64,000 bases of DNA from Atractiella rhizophila (lineage: Eukaryota), in NCBI GenBank assembly GCA_021432655.1, contig MU271234.1, positions 45,086 to 109,085 on the forward strand, given 5' to 3'. A program made the position numbers and the translations under genes. This document shows, piece by piece, positions 12,595 through 30,375 of this stretch; position 1 is the stretch's first letter; each line of letters starts with the position of its first letter. A model generated the notes under the pieces. It did no database searches. It worked only from the letters and a program-made list of their open reading frames with translations, and had not been told where the DNA came from.

Positions 12595-14065
12595 ATGTCT
12601 CGACCTGAAGAGTCTGCGATTCAACGCTTGCAAGTTGTCCAGAAGCACTTGCACAGTTTGCCACGTTCCCAGCGCTTAAAGGACAAGGTTGCAATCATCA
12701 CGGGTTCGTCTTCAAATTTCATTGACGCGATACAAGCCTCTGATATTTGGGACTCGGTAGGTGCTGCATCTGGCATAGGGTCTGTCCGCATAATTTGCAA
12801 CTCTCACCCGTTACTGACGTGAAGACAGCCGAGCAACAGCTGTCACATTTGCAAACGCAGGTTGGTGTCTAACTTGGTCTAACTGCGACGTGACACTAAT
12901 ATTTTCGCGGTTTTAATAGGCGTCAAAGCTTTGTATCTGCTCGACTTAGGCGCAGACAAGTTTCCATCTTTGCAAGCCGAGCTGAAAGAGAAATATCCAG
13001 ATGTCCTGGTCAGTTCAGTGTCCCAATACAGCGCGCTGCCTTCATGGAGCTTGGGCAGGTGTCCGTCACGGCAGGGGATGCTTCAGATGAAAAGACTATT
13101 GCCCAGCTGTGCCAGAAAACACTTGGTAATGATCTTTTTCAGTCACAGAGGAAAGGTTTGGCTGATTTCTTCAGTTTAGATGACCATGGGCGGCTGGACA
13201 TTTTCTTTGCTAATGCAGGTAGGTTCAACCGATATAGATGAGCTAAAAACACGCGCTAATACTCCAGTGCAGGCATTCTTGGGCCGAACAGGTTTCAAAC
13301 ACTAGACGAAGCGACGCTCATGCGTCAATACAAGATTAACACTGTGTCCTGTTTCTTTGGGATAAAGTATGGTACTGCAGCTATGAGGCAACTTGGTGGA
13401 GGGAAGACGAGGGAGACTGGAAGCGTCATCCTAACTGCATCAGGTGCATTTGATTCAACCTATGCACATGCGGTTGTCGACTGACCTTGCTTAGTTGCTG
13501 GTATGAGAGGGGGCGGAGGGGGATTCGAGTACACTGTCTCAAAAGCTGCGTGCGTATTTTTCTCCTCATGCCAGATGTTCCTCAGCAAATTTACAGCGTT
13601 GCGAATATGGCGGCTGCAGCCGTGAACAACCTTCAAGGAACAGAGATACGGGTTAGCAGTCTCTAAATCAGCAGTCACCCATCCACTATGTTAATTCTTG
13701 AACAGGTAAACTCTTTGGCGCCGGGATTCACTCGCACAGGGATGACAGAATTTGCTTTCCACAAACAACCAATGATTGAAAAGATCGACAATCTGATTCC
13801 AATGCGCAGATCTGCTGCACCAGAAGAGGTTTCTCAAGCAGTGCTCTTTCTAGCTTCAGGTACGCTGTACTCCTCCCCTGAAACCACCTCGCTGAGACAA
13901 TGCACATCGGAAGACGAAAGCTCCTATATTACGGGAATAGTTCTGCCTGGTTAGTATTTCTATCTTGTCAAGCTATATTGTACTAAGTTGAAACACCCTG
14001 TAGTCGACGGGGGCATGTCATCGACGGTACCATTTGCACCGGATGCAGGTAGATTCAATAAGTAG
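12595..14065 (+). CDS. Short-chain dehydrogenase/reductase with N-terminal PTS2-like motif
   Basis: KDKVAIITG..GAASGIG, LDIFFANAG, YTVSKAA (YxxxK), VNSLAPG, YITGIVLP|VDGG; many short introns. Confidence 0.88.
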
Positions 14066-14175
14066 ATATCTCCTAACATCTGCAAATCAGCACTTTGGGC
14101 GTTCAGAAGTCTCGAAACATTAGATGAGTACATTGACAACAATCCTGTACAACATGGCGGAAGACCCCTCCTATT

Positions 14176-17100
14176 TCACAATGAGATGTTTAGAATACGA
14201 ACTGTTGTGTCATCGCTTGCAACGGCGAGACGTAGGTTCTCGAGGCGTTTTGGGCAGAGCTGAATGTGATTGATGGTTGAATAGGGGCTTGGAATTCTGT
14301 GCTCCAGAGTGAATAGGATTGAGTCACAAGGTACAGAGTACACTCACGTTAGGGCTATTCTGTTTATTGGCTGCCACTCGCTCGCTGACCGTTGATAAAG
14401 CAATAACGTTCCAGATTCCAACCCAACAGCCATGACAATACTGGATCTCAGGTCAGACTAAACAATAACGGAACCAAAGGACGAACCTATCACTTTTGTT
14501 CGCGGGAGTGGTCAGGCAAACGCTATTTCCAGAATCTTCCAGCTTAATTGTGCTTGTGCACATGAACTCAATTTTGCCTTGCACTGTTTTTGGTTCCCAT
14601 GTCTTGATCTATACAACATAGTGAGTTGCCGGAGATTAAAAGGACAAGACGAACCGTTTTGTCTCTAGAGGAAGTGACAAAGAATTGGTCCTCATGAAAA
14701 GCGCAATCCCAAATAATTCTTCCATGCGCTTTCGCCTCCCGCTTCATCAAATGGTAATGCCCATCGTCTTCTACTCACACATAAGAATCGATTACATTCC
14801 CAGGTTGCAGAAGACGCACTAGACTTCTCCCAGATTACCCAACTCCTATCCCTCCCCACAGCTAGCAGCCATTGATCATCCTTACTCCAAGCCATCCTCG
14901 TGATTGTCAGGGTATGACCAGCTAGCGGCTCTCCAAAAGATTTATAGGACTTGGAATCGAAAAGGCGGACGGCGGCATGTGTGGCAGAAGTTGATTTGCA
15001 TGCTGTGGCAATCAGGTGACAGGAACGAGAGATCGACAGAGAGAAAAGCTCGTATCCGTGGCCATAAATCTTATCGACCTTTACAATAGATACATCATCA
15101 GGTTGACCGTGGAGCAGAATCTAAGTGACGTACTTCTGGCCAGAGGGTAGATGTCATGAGCTCCTCTTCTGATGGCGGATGCCGTGGTCCATCCTGTTCT
15201 TTGAAACATCTCGGTAAGTTATTTTCGGGAAAGGTGGAGTAAAGATATCCTACTTTGACTTGCGACAGTCCCACCTGCTCCACCTTCGGCCTTATTTGAC
15301 AGACCCAATGCCGGAAGCAGCGCAACGTCAGCTTTCTTCCCGCTAGAAGTATCCTCATCCCCCTCGATGCCCAATACGAGTTTCCTGGTCGCCTGCCAGC
15401 TCATGGTATCCTCAAACACCCTCGCAATCTTCTCATCCGCCGCACAGACGAATCTATCCCTCCCGATCCAATCCACTGCCCAAATTTCCCATCCGTGCAC
15501 CTGTGGTCTCCCAACCTCCCTCCAACATCCATCCTTAGCCACGCGTCCATGGATCCTCGAGGTCCTATCTACACCACAGCTCATGACCCATTCGCCTTCA
15601 GGTTCCCACGCTATCCCTTTCACGGCGCCAAAATGCCCTCCAACTCCCAGCTCCGACTTCCACTCCCCTTCGCCTTCAGATAGGGATGAAGTGGAGCAGG
15701 ACCAAACGTGCCATGCTCCTCCCCATCCTGAAGCTAACACCGTCGTCCGATTTGGGGTTATGGACCAGAGTGCACCAAAGAAACCGAGATTCGTCCCTTT
15801 TTCCAGCTCTCCAAATCTCTCCGACACAATCCATAAGGATTCGTCGGATGAGGTGGAAGACGATGTTGGAGACCAGAGGATAAGGGAACGGTCTAGGGAT
15901 GTGGATAGAAGGGAAGGTGAGGTGAAAGAGGAGGGAGAAAAGTGAAGCGAAGTGACTGGAGAGGTGTGAGAGGCTAGGACCGCATAAGGACGAATGGATA
16001 GTTGTCTGCCGCCCTGAAATGAGTAATGCAGCAAGTCTAAGAGAGACCACGCACACTGTTGAGGACAAGTTGAAAACCTGTTCTTTCAGTTCCAACTCCT
16101 CCTCCTCGCCTCCTAGTGCGTCAAGTTCCTCCAATCCCTCGAGAGTTTCGAATACCGCTCCTGGCTCCTCTTCCTTCCGCTCCTCCTTCACCTCCCTCAT
16201 ACGTACGCTCCACAACCGAATGTAAGAATCGTGGCTCCCCGTAGCCAGCAGCATTCCATCTTCACGGTCGCTCCTTTCGTCATTCCTAGATCTTATCGGC
16301 GGAATGTAGATGTCGAGGCAGTCGACCCAGTTCGTATGTCCTTTCAATCCTATGGCGCGCTTGAGGATCGCATGCTTAGCTGGGGCAATCTGGGTGGAAA
16401 CGTAGATGGAAACGACTCTCGATGTGAGACAAAGGAACAGCAGCATAGTGTCTGAAAATATATTAGTATCCGCAATTTCCTCAGCAATGGTGAGACATAC
16501 CTTCCCTTCTTGAAGTCGAGACAAAGACCATCTCAGCGTCCAAGGCGAAAACAAGAGTGTCCTCCTTAGCTTTCCCTTTCCCCTCTTCCGTTCGCAGATT
16601 TAGCACCTGTGATGGTTCCTCGACAGACTTCTCAACATCCCATACCTTGACGCGTCCGTCAGAGGAAGCTGTGATCAGGGTCGGGAAATCGAATGCGAGA
16701 GCGGAGATGGAGTGGGATGGGTGAGCTTTGATAGTTTTGTGGATGCTCCACGCTTCCTACTTCCCCATTATGCATCAGTGCTTCATTGTCAGCTTTGGCA
16801 AGCACAGTGGAGGACAAACATTGTCAGCTTCCCTCCAGATGATGACTGTCCCTTCAGCATCTCCGGAGGCAAGACAGCTTTGCTGGGTAGGTGTCGTCGA
16901 TTCAGAGGAAACGCGTCGTCTTGAAAACTTGACCTTTGTGATTTCAGCTTTATGGCCGCTCAGCGCCTTCCAAATCCTCGCGTTTTGGTCCTACCCAACC
17001 ATACTCATCAATTGCTGTGACGAAGACGCCGTCATGAACTTACTTGAGTCTTCCATAGAGAAATGAGATTACAGGATCCAAACGCCAGCAGGCCGTCGCT

Positions 17101-17181
17101 GTCGCGGACAGAGGAGCAGGCGGATGAGCGATTCGCAGCACAAGAAATGTAAGACTCTTCGTGTCTGATGTCGATTGTCAT
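14176..17181 (-). CDS. ELP2: Elongator complex subunit 2 (WD40 repeats)
   Basis: YISCAANR N-terminus, GHTNWVDCL, LATGSHDSYIRLW, RPQVHGWEI, ADEKIARVF, LPALGLSNKA, TLWPE..KIYGHGYE, AHGRIIWDC. Confidence 0.92.
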
Positions 17182-17436
17182 GGCGTACTAGTCGACGACG
17201 AGGTCCATGAACTTCCCGAACTTCGCAAGTCGATTTTTGGTGATCGCAAACCTATGACTCACGAACAACCTTGAGCCATTCCGCTGTGCGTACTAGAATG
17301 ATCTGGTAAAAAAGCGAGCGCCTGGGCGCTCTGATGGTAATAAATTGGGCAAATAAACTCTGACAATACAGCTCTTCTAATCAAACCGAAAGACCCAGCG
17401 AAGATTCAAACAAAGACACAAAATAGTATGAACGGA

Positions 17437-20400
17437 TCAGTCCCATGCACTTCTCCCTCTCCAACTCGGATTTGACCCTGACCCAGGCAATGGAGGTTTA
17501 AATCGACTCGGACCTCCATTCTGGTGAGGTGGCGGCCTGTAACTGCTCCCACCACGATAACTATCTCCTTGACTTGCATGACTGGGACGATAACTATCTG
17601 ACTGGTTCGTTCGTACTGGACTCCTGCTTCTACGCTCGTTACCTGAATCTCGTCGATCTCCTCCCCATCGACTATGTGGCGGTGACGCGTGAGAATGTCG
17701 TCCTCGTGGTGGATCGACCTCCGGTCGAGGAGGAAGACCTGCACTAGCAGGTGGCTGATAAGCAGGAGATCGATTGCTGTTGTCAGACTGATCGGAAGAT
17801 GGGACGTGGCCTGACTTCTTGATCCTCTTGATGTGAAGATTGTCCAATTTGACACGCTTGATCCCCGTCCCATCCAGATCTTCATCCATATCCCTCTCTG
17901 ACTTCCTTTTCTGCACACCCTTCTCCACTGAACTTGGCCGCCTCCGCTCGTCATCTTCAGTCTCTTCGCTGTCGCGCTTCCGCTTCACAAAAGTCGAAGT
18001 CTCTGCAACGGCTCCATTGGGATTGGAGTTTCGAGGATCGTCTATTGATGTGTCGCGTGGAGCCTCCTTGTTCGAAATCTTCCGCTTAGCTGACGGTTTC
18101 GTCACACCGTTCGCTTGGGTTTTCGATTTTTTTGGCGCCGTTTTTCTCTTCGGAGGAGTATCTTCAGGTTCAGTAAGATCACTGTCTGAGTCCGGAAGCT
18201 TTCGTTTCTTGCCGGCGGGAGAGTCGGGAGGTGGTTGGGAAGGGGAGATTTTGTCGTATCTGTGGCATGCATGGTCGGGTTGAGTCGCAGGAGAAGGAAA
18301 GGAGCTTACAGTTTTGCGATGTCACTACCTGATAGTTCGCCAGGCCAATATCCCGCAACGTGATCCCAGATTTTCTGCGTCCAATTCTCGACTTCGGAAG
18401 TGGGACATCGCTTCATTCGAAGCACTTGCGGTATTCGATCTCCGACGCCTTTCACGACCCTTCGGAAAATGTCGATATTACTGGAGACGTTGAGATCTTT
18501 GAGGCCGTTAAGATCATCGATCAAAGGTGCAGTAGTCTCTTCGCATGCCTCCTGGAGCGGATTTCCCTGAGGTTCGACTTCATCTTCCGCCTCACTCTTT
18601 TTCTTCGACTTGGCTTTCCTTTCCGCTTTCGTCGAATTGTGATAGTACTCCCGAAGTTTTCGAAGCAGAGTATCACCTCGTCGTTGGAGGTGAATTCCCT
18701 GAGGGCCGCTCTTCTTCAGCTTACCGGCATCCTTCTCCTTCCCCTCCCCTCCCTTCTTCCCCTCGTCGAGAGCAAACAGTCCCTTCAACCCCAGCTTCTC
18801 ATCCTTCTCTATATCAGCCCAATTCTGCATCCCATGCAGCCAAATTCCGATCAACAGAGATTGATCATTATCCTCTGTCCACGTCTCTGAAAATTGAGCC
18901 TTCTGGAAGGTGTCGAGCGGCATCTCCCACTGATACGGGTCTTTAGCTTTGTCGAGGTACAAGTGCAAGATTTTGAGATCTTCTGCTCGCTGAACAAATT
19001 GGCCAGCATTGATATCAGATAGGGTATTGTATGACGCCGTGACGACTTTGTTCTTCATCGACTGAGTGATGGTGACTCCTTCGGACTTTTGTCTCTCCAA
19101 ATCAGCAGCAGACTTTGCAAGTGCCTCTTTGCATGCGACGAGGATATTATCGTATGCCTGCTCCACCTTTGCTCGATTTTTCGTTTCTAACTTCGCGTCT
19201 TTGACCACTCGATCGTACCTCCGCTTCAAGTCCCCAAAACGCTGAACGCTTCGAGTGAGCCCTCGGAGATCCTTCGTTGTAAGCGACATGCTCTTTTCGG
19301 CAGCAGTTTTCCTAGCACCAGTAGGACCAGGCTTCTTCTTCCCCTTCTTCCCATCTTTCGTGTCATCGTCCTTCGAAGGTGGCGGGGGTGGCTCCTTCAC
19401 CTCAGGTCCTTTTCTCCTCTCCTTCAAAGCTGCGGCGAGGGCCTCTTCCTTCCTCAGCTCCTGCGCAGCGCGTTCACGATCCTCCAGAGGAATGATATCG
19501 TCCCAAGAGGTGGTGTCAGCTTTGATGTCTTGGACTTTGAGAGACTCCAAAAACTCTTCACCCCCTAGAGAGACGCCAGCAGCGTCTTGAGTGGTTTCGT
19601 AGGACTCTGCTTGATTGAGTACCTCGTCCAGGTCAAGCTCTTCGAGTTTCGCTTGGTTGGCATCGGTTGCGAAAATGTTCGACGCGCCGTACTTGAGGAT
19701 CGATTGGAGTTCATCCTTTGAGAACATGTCCTTGCCATTCTTAGACTTCTCCTTCCTCTCGTCTCCAATATTCTGACCAGAAGTGTCCATAGCGCTAATC
19801 ACTGTAGACATTTCCCCGTAAACAACAGCAGCAGAAAGTAATGGTCACGCACCAGCGTGCTCCAGCACTCGCTTTTGATGTGCTCTTTGAAGGACATCCT
19901 CTTCGACTGAACCCTTCGTCAGGAAACGATAAACGGAGACATGATTTTTCTGTCCGATACGATGTGCCCTTGCCTGAGCTTGAAGATCCTTTCATACCTG
20001 TGAGAAATGAGCAACAGGTGGCAATATCACACACGTTCTGAGGATTCCAGTCAGAATCAAAGATGATCACAGTGTCAGCAGTTTCGAGATTAATTCCCAA
20101 TCCACCTGCGCGTGTGGAGAGAAGGAAAGCAAAATCTGGAGAGTCGGCGGCGTTGAAATGGTCCATGGAACGTCGTCTCAGATCTGCAGGTGTAGAACCG
20201 TCTAAGCGTTGGAATTGGTAACCCCTCATCCGAAGGTAGTCCGACAGGATGTCACTGGCCCCGAAAAGGTATTAACATTTGTAGTTATGCGGCAAAGGAA
20301 AGATATACAGCATGCGAACCATTTGACTGAAAATCAGCACGCGATGACCATCCTGTTTGCACCGTTGCAGAAGCTTGTCCAAAAGGATCATTTTCCCACT

Positions 20401-23285
20401 ATTGACAACAAGGTTCTTCATAGCAGCGTTTCGATCGACGTTGTCGTCCACGTTCTCTGCGCCATCAAAGAGGAACGGGTGGTTGCAACACTTTTTCAAC
20501 TCCACTATTACGTTAAGGAGCGAGACTTGTGTATTTGCACTAATGAGCGCTTCGTAGTTCTATCTCCATTCCTTTTAGCAAAGTTGAAATCAAGGATGGA
20601 CGAACACACCCTTGAAAGGATGTTTTTGTACCACTTTGTCTGCATCTCGCTCATTTCAACTCTCAATATTCGCTCGCTCTTTGTCGGCAGACTCTTGATA
20701 ACGTCTTTCTTCAACCTTCGCAACATGAGCGTCTCCAGCTTTCCATGCAGTTCCTTAATCTTCTCCTCCTTATCCTCATCCTCGAGATCAAATTGGTCAT
20801 TGAGGTCGAAAGATTCCGGATGGAGGAAATGCATCAGGCACAACAGTTCTATAAGAAAGTGTAAGCCTGCTCTTCCAGAAGTGAACTAAGACTGAACCTT
20901 TAACGCTATTTTGCAGTGGTGTTCCTGTGATGAGAAGTTTCGCTCCAGTATTGAAGCCAATAAGGGCTTGATAAAGTTGGCTGTTGTGGTCCTTCAATCG
21001 ATGTGCCTATATTTTCTGTTTAGCTCCTGTGGCAGCTAAGAATGAGGGAACTCACTTCATCGACAATCAAATGCTGGTACTTATACCGCTGGAGCCACTT
21101 GACGTCCTTAAGGAGGATCTCGTATGTAGTAAGGATGGCATTGAACTTTGGTTTTTTCCTTTCTCCAAACTCATATTGCCTAATGATCTCCCTCGATTTT
21201 GACGAACCGATGTAAGTGACGACGTTGAGAGCTGGGGCCCAGTAGGCAATTTGGGCTTGCCAGGCGGAGAGGGTGGAGAGGGGGACGATGATGAGGAAAG
21301 GCCCATATTGTTGCATCGTGTTGAAAAGGTAGGAGAGCATGGCGCATGTCTGGACAGTTTTTCCTAGACCCATCTATTGCATTCCAAACTGTTAGCATTG
21401 CACCAATCGCAGGGAAGCAGGAACGGAGGCGGAGGTGGTAAAAGTCGAGATGTACCTCGTCTGCAAGTATGCCATTCTTGTAAGAGCACCAGCAATAGAT
21501 TAACCAGTTCAGTCCAACCATCTGAAAATCTTTCAGATTTCCTCCTGTGGCTGTAATGTACTCTGGCTCCTCTTCAATTTTCTTGAACACAGGTCGCTTC
21601 TTGGTTGATGGGGCACTTCGATGCGGGAGGGTAGGTTTACTGATTCGCTCCATATATTCATCGATCTGCTTCGCCGCGATGCTCGCAACATCATCATGTA
21701 TTTCCCAAGTTGCGACATCGTGTTGAAGGCCTTGCCATTTGATGTAGTATTCGACTGCATTCCATCTTCTTTCAATCTGCAGGGAATAGGAAACAAGGAG
21801 ACTCACGATGTTCTCTATCACAATCAATACCAGCTGGCGCGTTTCTCTGATCGATGACCCGCTCAACAGTCTTCCACATCTCCATCTCATTTCTCCTCCT
21901 CTCCCTTTCGATATTATGCGTCTCAATATCCTCTGGCGTCGTTTCCGTGCTCTTCAAAAACGCAATCTCCGGCTCCACAAAAGCTTTAATGTAGTTCTCC
22001 ACCTTCCGAAACCCCTTGAACCGCTTCAGGTACTCATAAGACTCCCAGGTATTGTGCAAGTGGGAATACGCCTTCCATTTAATTAGGTAACGAAGGTTCT
22101 GTCGCGGGAGGACCTCTGCATTCGCTGATGCCCAATAACACAGTTGATCGCAGATCAGTCCACTCCCCAAGAACGCAGGAAGAGAACGTACGCGGGGCAT
22201 CCGGCTCCAGTTTCCAATCATGAACAGAATCGATCATATCCTCCTCAACCTCGTCTCCATCCTCATTCCGAACCATCTCCCTCTCCTCTTCGTCCTCCTC
22301 GTCATCAAGCGCAAACATTGCCTCCTCGTTGTAATTCGGAAGCTCCCTACCGTTTCGTCCAATACGAGGCATCTCAAAATCCGTCACATTGAGCGACCCA
22401 CCTCCTCCACTTCCCATTTTGGCCTTCCTCTTCTTCGAACCGCGCTTTTTCTTCCCTCGTGATTTACCTCCATATTCATCGTCGTAATCTGAGGACGATG
22501 ACGCAGACGATTCTTCCGTTGAAAGTTCAGGAGCTCTCGCTGTGGCATGGGTACTTTGAGAAAGTGAAACATTGAAGACAAAACAGAAGGGCAGACCTTT
22601 CGATTTCCCAACTTTCTTGCTCGACCTCTTCTTCTTACGGGCATATCCATCATCCTCAGTCTCTTCTGAATCATCCAGCGACTTCTCTCTCTGCCTCCAA
22701 GTATCAGCTCTTTCGTGTCGGATGTGGGATAGGGAAGAAAACATACAAAGCTCTTGGCTGCTGCTCTCCCCTTCATTCATTCAGGCACTCTCAGTCCTCA
22801 TCCCATACCACAAGAGGAAGGAAGGGACACACCGATCTCCTGAGTCCATATAACTCTGGGTTATCTGCCAAACCTTCCAGCGCGAACTTCCCCCGCGCCT
22901 TCCTGCCTGCTCTTCCAGGGACGACAACGGGAGGAGAGTCCGCCTCCTCCGTTCCCACTTCGGGCTCTGGGTTCACATCCCTCTCTTCATCATCTTCATC
23001 TCCTTCCTCATCTCCTTCGTGCTCAGAACCGGAGCCTTCAGGCTTATAATCCGACTCTGCGCTCACTTCCTCCTTTTCAGAAGCAGTGGATGGATCAGCG
23101 TCCATATCTCCCTCCCCATCTTCATCTCCTTCCCCATCCCCATTCACCGTTGATGATTGGAAATTTGGTGTAAATGCTCCTTCGATAGGTGGGATCGTCT
23201 GTGTGTCGATTCGGGAGGTCGAGGCGAGGGGAGTGATGGGTGGCAAAGTCTCTGGGATGACCGAGGAGCTCTCCATACCGTCCAT
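17437..23285 (-). CDS. CHD1: Chromodomain helicase DNA-binding protein 1 (SNF2-family remodeler)
   Basis: Double chromodomain ([24 protein letters not shown]), [54 protein letters not shown]. Confidence 0.96.
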
Positions 23286-24018
23286 GAAGTAAGGAACTGT
23301 AGCCCACCATGCCGCAAACCGTGAAGGAAATGGTCAGAAATATGCAAGTTGGTCGATTGCGTTGTTATGATGCACCAACTACCCAATCCCAGGTGGTGAA
23401 AACGAACACACACCTTTTCCCCCTTTAAATTCCTCGTTGTCTAGAGGAATATTTCTCTTTTATTTCACTCTTGATTCCCTCAATTTCCTCTGGCACGCGA
23501 GGTTGAGTTAACAGGGGCAGAAATTGTGCTTGTCGTCGTTGAAAACGACACAACTCAGTCCGCCCAACGAACAAAGAATTTGCGGTTCCGAATGAATCTG
23601 TTTACGGTCTACAGCTTACGAGAGAGGCTTAGAAAGGTACGGAGGACTCAGAAATGTATGGAGTGGACCAATGGAGTGGAATGCAGGAGAAAAGGGTAAT
23701 AATTGATTTCACGACTTGAGCACCTATGCATCATGGATTGGACGTGTTGTACACCTCTAGTCTAGAATGTGAGATAGTAAAAGAGCTGCAGAACGGCTAG
23801 GTCGGAAGAAAACGCGTCGATTGGAGTTCTTGGAATGAGGAGAAGTTGAAACTGGCAAGTAGCAAGCGGGATGAGGCAGAATACCAGAAGGCGACAGCGA
23901 GAAGGACACGACAACCGGGAATGGGGAGAAGAGAAGCTCTACTGTGATAACAATGCTATTAGCAGCTGTGGTGAGTTGGAATGAAGTGAGATGATTCGCA
24001 TACACAGGCAAGCACTCC

Positions 24019-25638
24019 CTACGCAGTTCTGGCAGCCTTCACATCCCGCACCTCCTTCACGTAGTCATCGAACAGAGTCATCGCATCGTGAGGGCCACTA
24101 GCGTGCATAAAACAAATCAGGTCATAGGTACTAGTACACAGAAAAGAAATACGTACCCATAAGCTTCTGGATGAAACTGAGCGGCCCAACAGCGTACTCC
24201 GGACTCAGCAGTCGACTTGATACCTTCCACAGACGCATCTAACGCATCGCTTCCATTATTTTCCTTCTGTTTGATCAGAATTGCATTCACGAACCATTTG
24301 CATCTGTTCCGGATCGAATATCAGCAAAGCACGTGCAGGATTTGGTTAAAACCACTCACTCAGAAAGAACAGCTCCCAACCATCCGGGAAGGGGTCTTGA
24401 AGCTTCAAAGCGTACTTTGCATCTCCAATGAGCTCCTTTCACCTTTGGAAGGAAAGAAAACTGACCTGATGGTTCTGACTTGTCACAAGCACCCTTCCCT
24501 TCTTGATACTTCGACTTTCAGCGGTACAAAGCACGGGCTGATTATGCCCTCTATTTCCGAACCTCATCCTCTCAACCTCCAACCCAGCAGCCATCCCTAC
24601 AATCTGATTTCCCATGCAGATTCCAAAGATAGGCTTCTTCCATTCCGCAATGGTTTTCCTCAAATTCAGTGCTGCTTCCATGCAGTGCGTAGGATCCCCC
24701 GGCCCATTAGAGAGGAAGAGACCGTCATATTCGTTTCGAATGGAATAGAAGTCTACATTCCATGGAAGAACCGTCACAGAGGCACCACGAGCGACCAGTG
24801 AGCGGGCAATGTTAGCCTTCGCTCCAAAATCGACCAGGGCAATCTTCACGTCGCCTTCAGGATTAAGGGTGTAAGCTTCCTTAGTTGACACCTTATCGAC
24901 GAGATTCTCTTTCGACGGGTCCCAGAAGTCGCCCTCCTTCACGGATTGCAAATGATCGTCCCCAACCGCAATCTTGCCCAACGTGGTTCCCTGCTCACGC
25001 AAAATCTTGGTGATCTCCCTTGTGTCTACCCCGGTAATCCCAGGTACTTCGTAGCGTTCACACCACTCGTGAAGACTCTCCACAGCCTGATAATGCGAAT
25101 ATTTCTCTGCCAAGTCAGATACAATCACCCCGGCAACTTTGATCCCGTCGCTCTCTAGCTGGGGGATTCCATCCACAAAATCGTTTGCCGGGACACCATA
25201 ATTCCCTATCAGAGGAGTGGTGAAGACGAGAATTTGAGACAAATACGAAGGATCTGTCAGAGATTCCGGATACGACGTTATCGATGTAGAGAAGACCGTC
25301 TCTCCGAACCGAGAGACTGGTGCCCCAAAGGAGGTCCCTGTGAACTTCTCGCCAGTTTTGAGATGAAGAGTGGCGGGAATGGAAGTGTCGCGTCCAATGG
25401 ATGCAGACGCAGACGCAGGTGGAGCCGGAGCAGATCCGTGCCTGGAATTACTGGAGGAGAAAGTCCTCCGTCCCCCAAACCGGAGGATAAAAACTGAAGA
25501 CGATCGAGTACTCGAGTTTGACGAGAGAAAGGGACGGGATTGGATACCGGTTTTGATTGCTTTTGAGTAAAGGGAAGAGTGGGATGAGGGCAAGACGGCG
25601 AAGAGGGAATTAATTGGAGCGAGTTTTGAAAACGACAT
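24019..25638 (-). CDS. CPA1: Arginine-specific carbamoyl-phosphate synthetase small subunit (arg-2/CPA1), with mitochondrial-type presequence
   Basis: YPESLTDPSY, PLIGNYGVP, LSNGPGDP, PIFGICMG, GNRGHNQP, TSQNH, QFHPE. Confidence 0.95.
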
Positions 25639-25771
25639 CGGAAAGATAGTCTAGCCTAACTTGAGTACTCTTTTTCGCTGGTGTCACTGAAAGCCTGGCG
25701 CAAGCCCGAATCAGAACTCGCCAGTAACCACAAACTGCCCCTAAATGAAAGAAAGAAATAAATACGCACAT
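25610..25771 (-). promoter_or_regulatory. Arginine attenuator peptide (AAP) upstream ORF overlapping the CPA1 start codon
   Basis: AT|GTGCGT...TTCTGAT...CCAG|G (75-nt intron 25769-25695) gives MLSVTPAKKSTQVRLDYLSDVVFKTRSN-stop. DYLSD core matches the N. crassa DYLSDHLW and yeast DYISDHIWKT AAPs. Confidence 0.8.
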
Positions 25772-26537
25772 CGACTTTTTTGAGGTAATAACAGTGTTGT
25801 GTGAGTAGTTAAGGAATGATTATTCCTTGAGAGCAAAAGTGTTTTTCAACCGACGAGGCTCAATGAAAAATTGAGGTGGTTGGATGTTCACCTTGTCGCT
25901 TGACTCACCCAAATTCATCCCTCAATATGCATCAACGTGCATTAACCACGAGAAGGGTTGCAGTTGGAATCATACTACACCTAGTGAGGAGGAAGCGTTA
26001 GGGGAAGTGCCATTGGCAGCAAGAGCTTCTGACAATGAAACTCACACAGAAATATACTCGGTTCACAAGTGGGTCCGTTCGGCGTTGTTGGGAGGCTTGA
26101 ATGAAGCTTTGAAATTTGGCAATCAAAATCAAACATCAAACTTCAAAACATTGGGACACCTCAAAGTGTGCATCAGAAGACATATATTGCAATACTAATG
26201 ACCAAGAATAAGAACCATCATAGATGCTCACGTAGTCAAAACATTTAATAAAATCGAGGAAATTACGAAATAATCACAGAAAACTTTAGATTCCTGCACA
26301 TCAAAATTGGAGAGGTTGGGCAATCCTCACTAAGTCTTATTAGTGATTGCTATGATTTGGTTAAAAGATCGCTGAAAGAGTGAGCTTGAAATAAGGAGGC
26401 ACACTGGCGTCAGAAGAAACGGCACAGTTAAAGGAGCAGCGAAAGAGGAAATAACGAGATTATGTATATCGGGTATATTATACTTCGAGTACATGAATAC
26501 AATCCATTATCCCTACCAAACCCAAAACATTATAGTA

Positions 26538-30375
<3,838 letters not shown>

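Noticed and set aside
17437..18300. Arg/Ser/Gly-rich ORF that looks like a separate SR protein
   Set aside because: It splices onto the CHD1 3' exon and is best read as its low-complexity tail.
25884..26460. Short ORFs between CPA1 and PMR1
   Set aside because: No recognisable motifs; consistent with promoter and terminator DNA.
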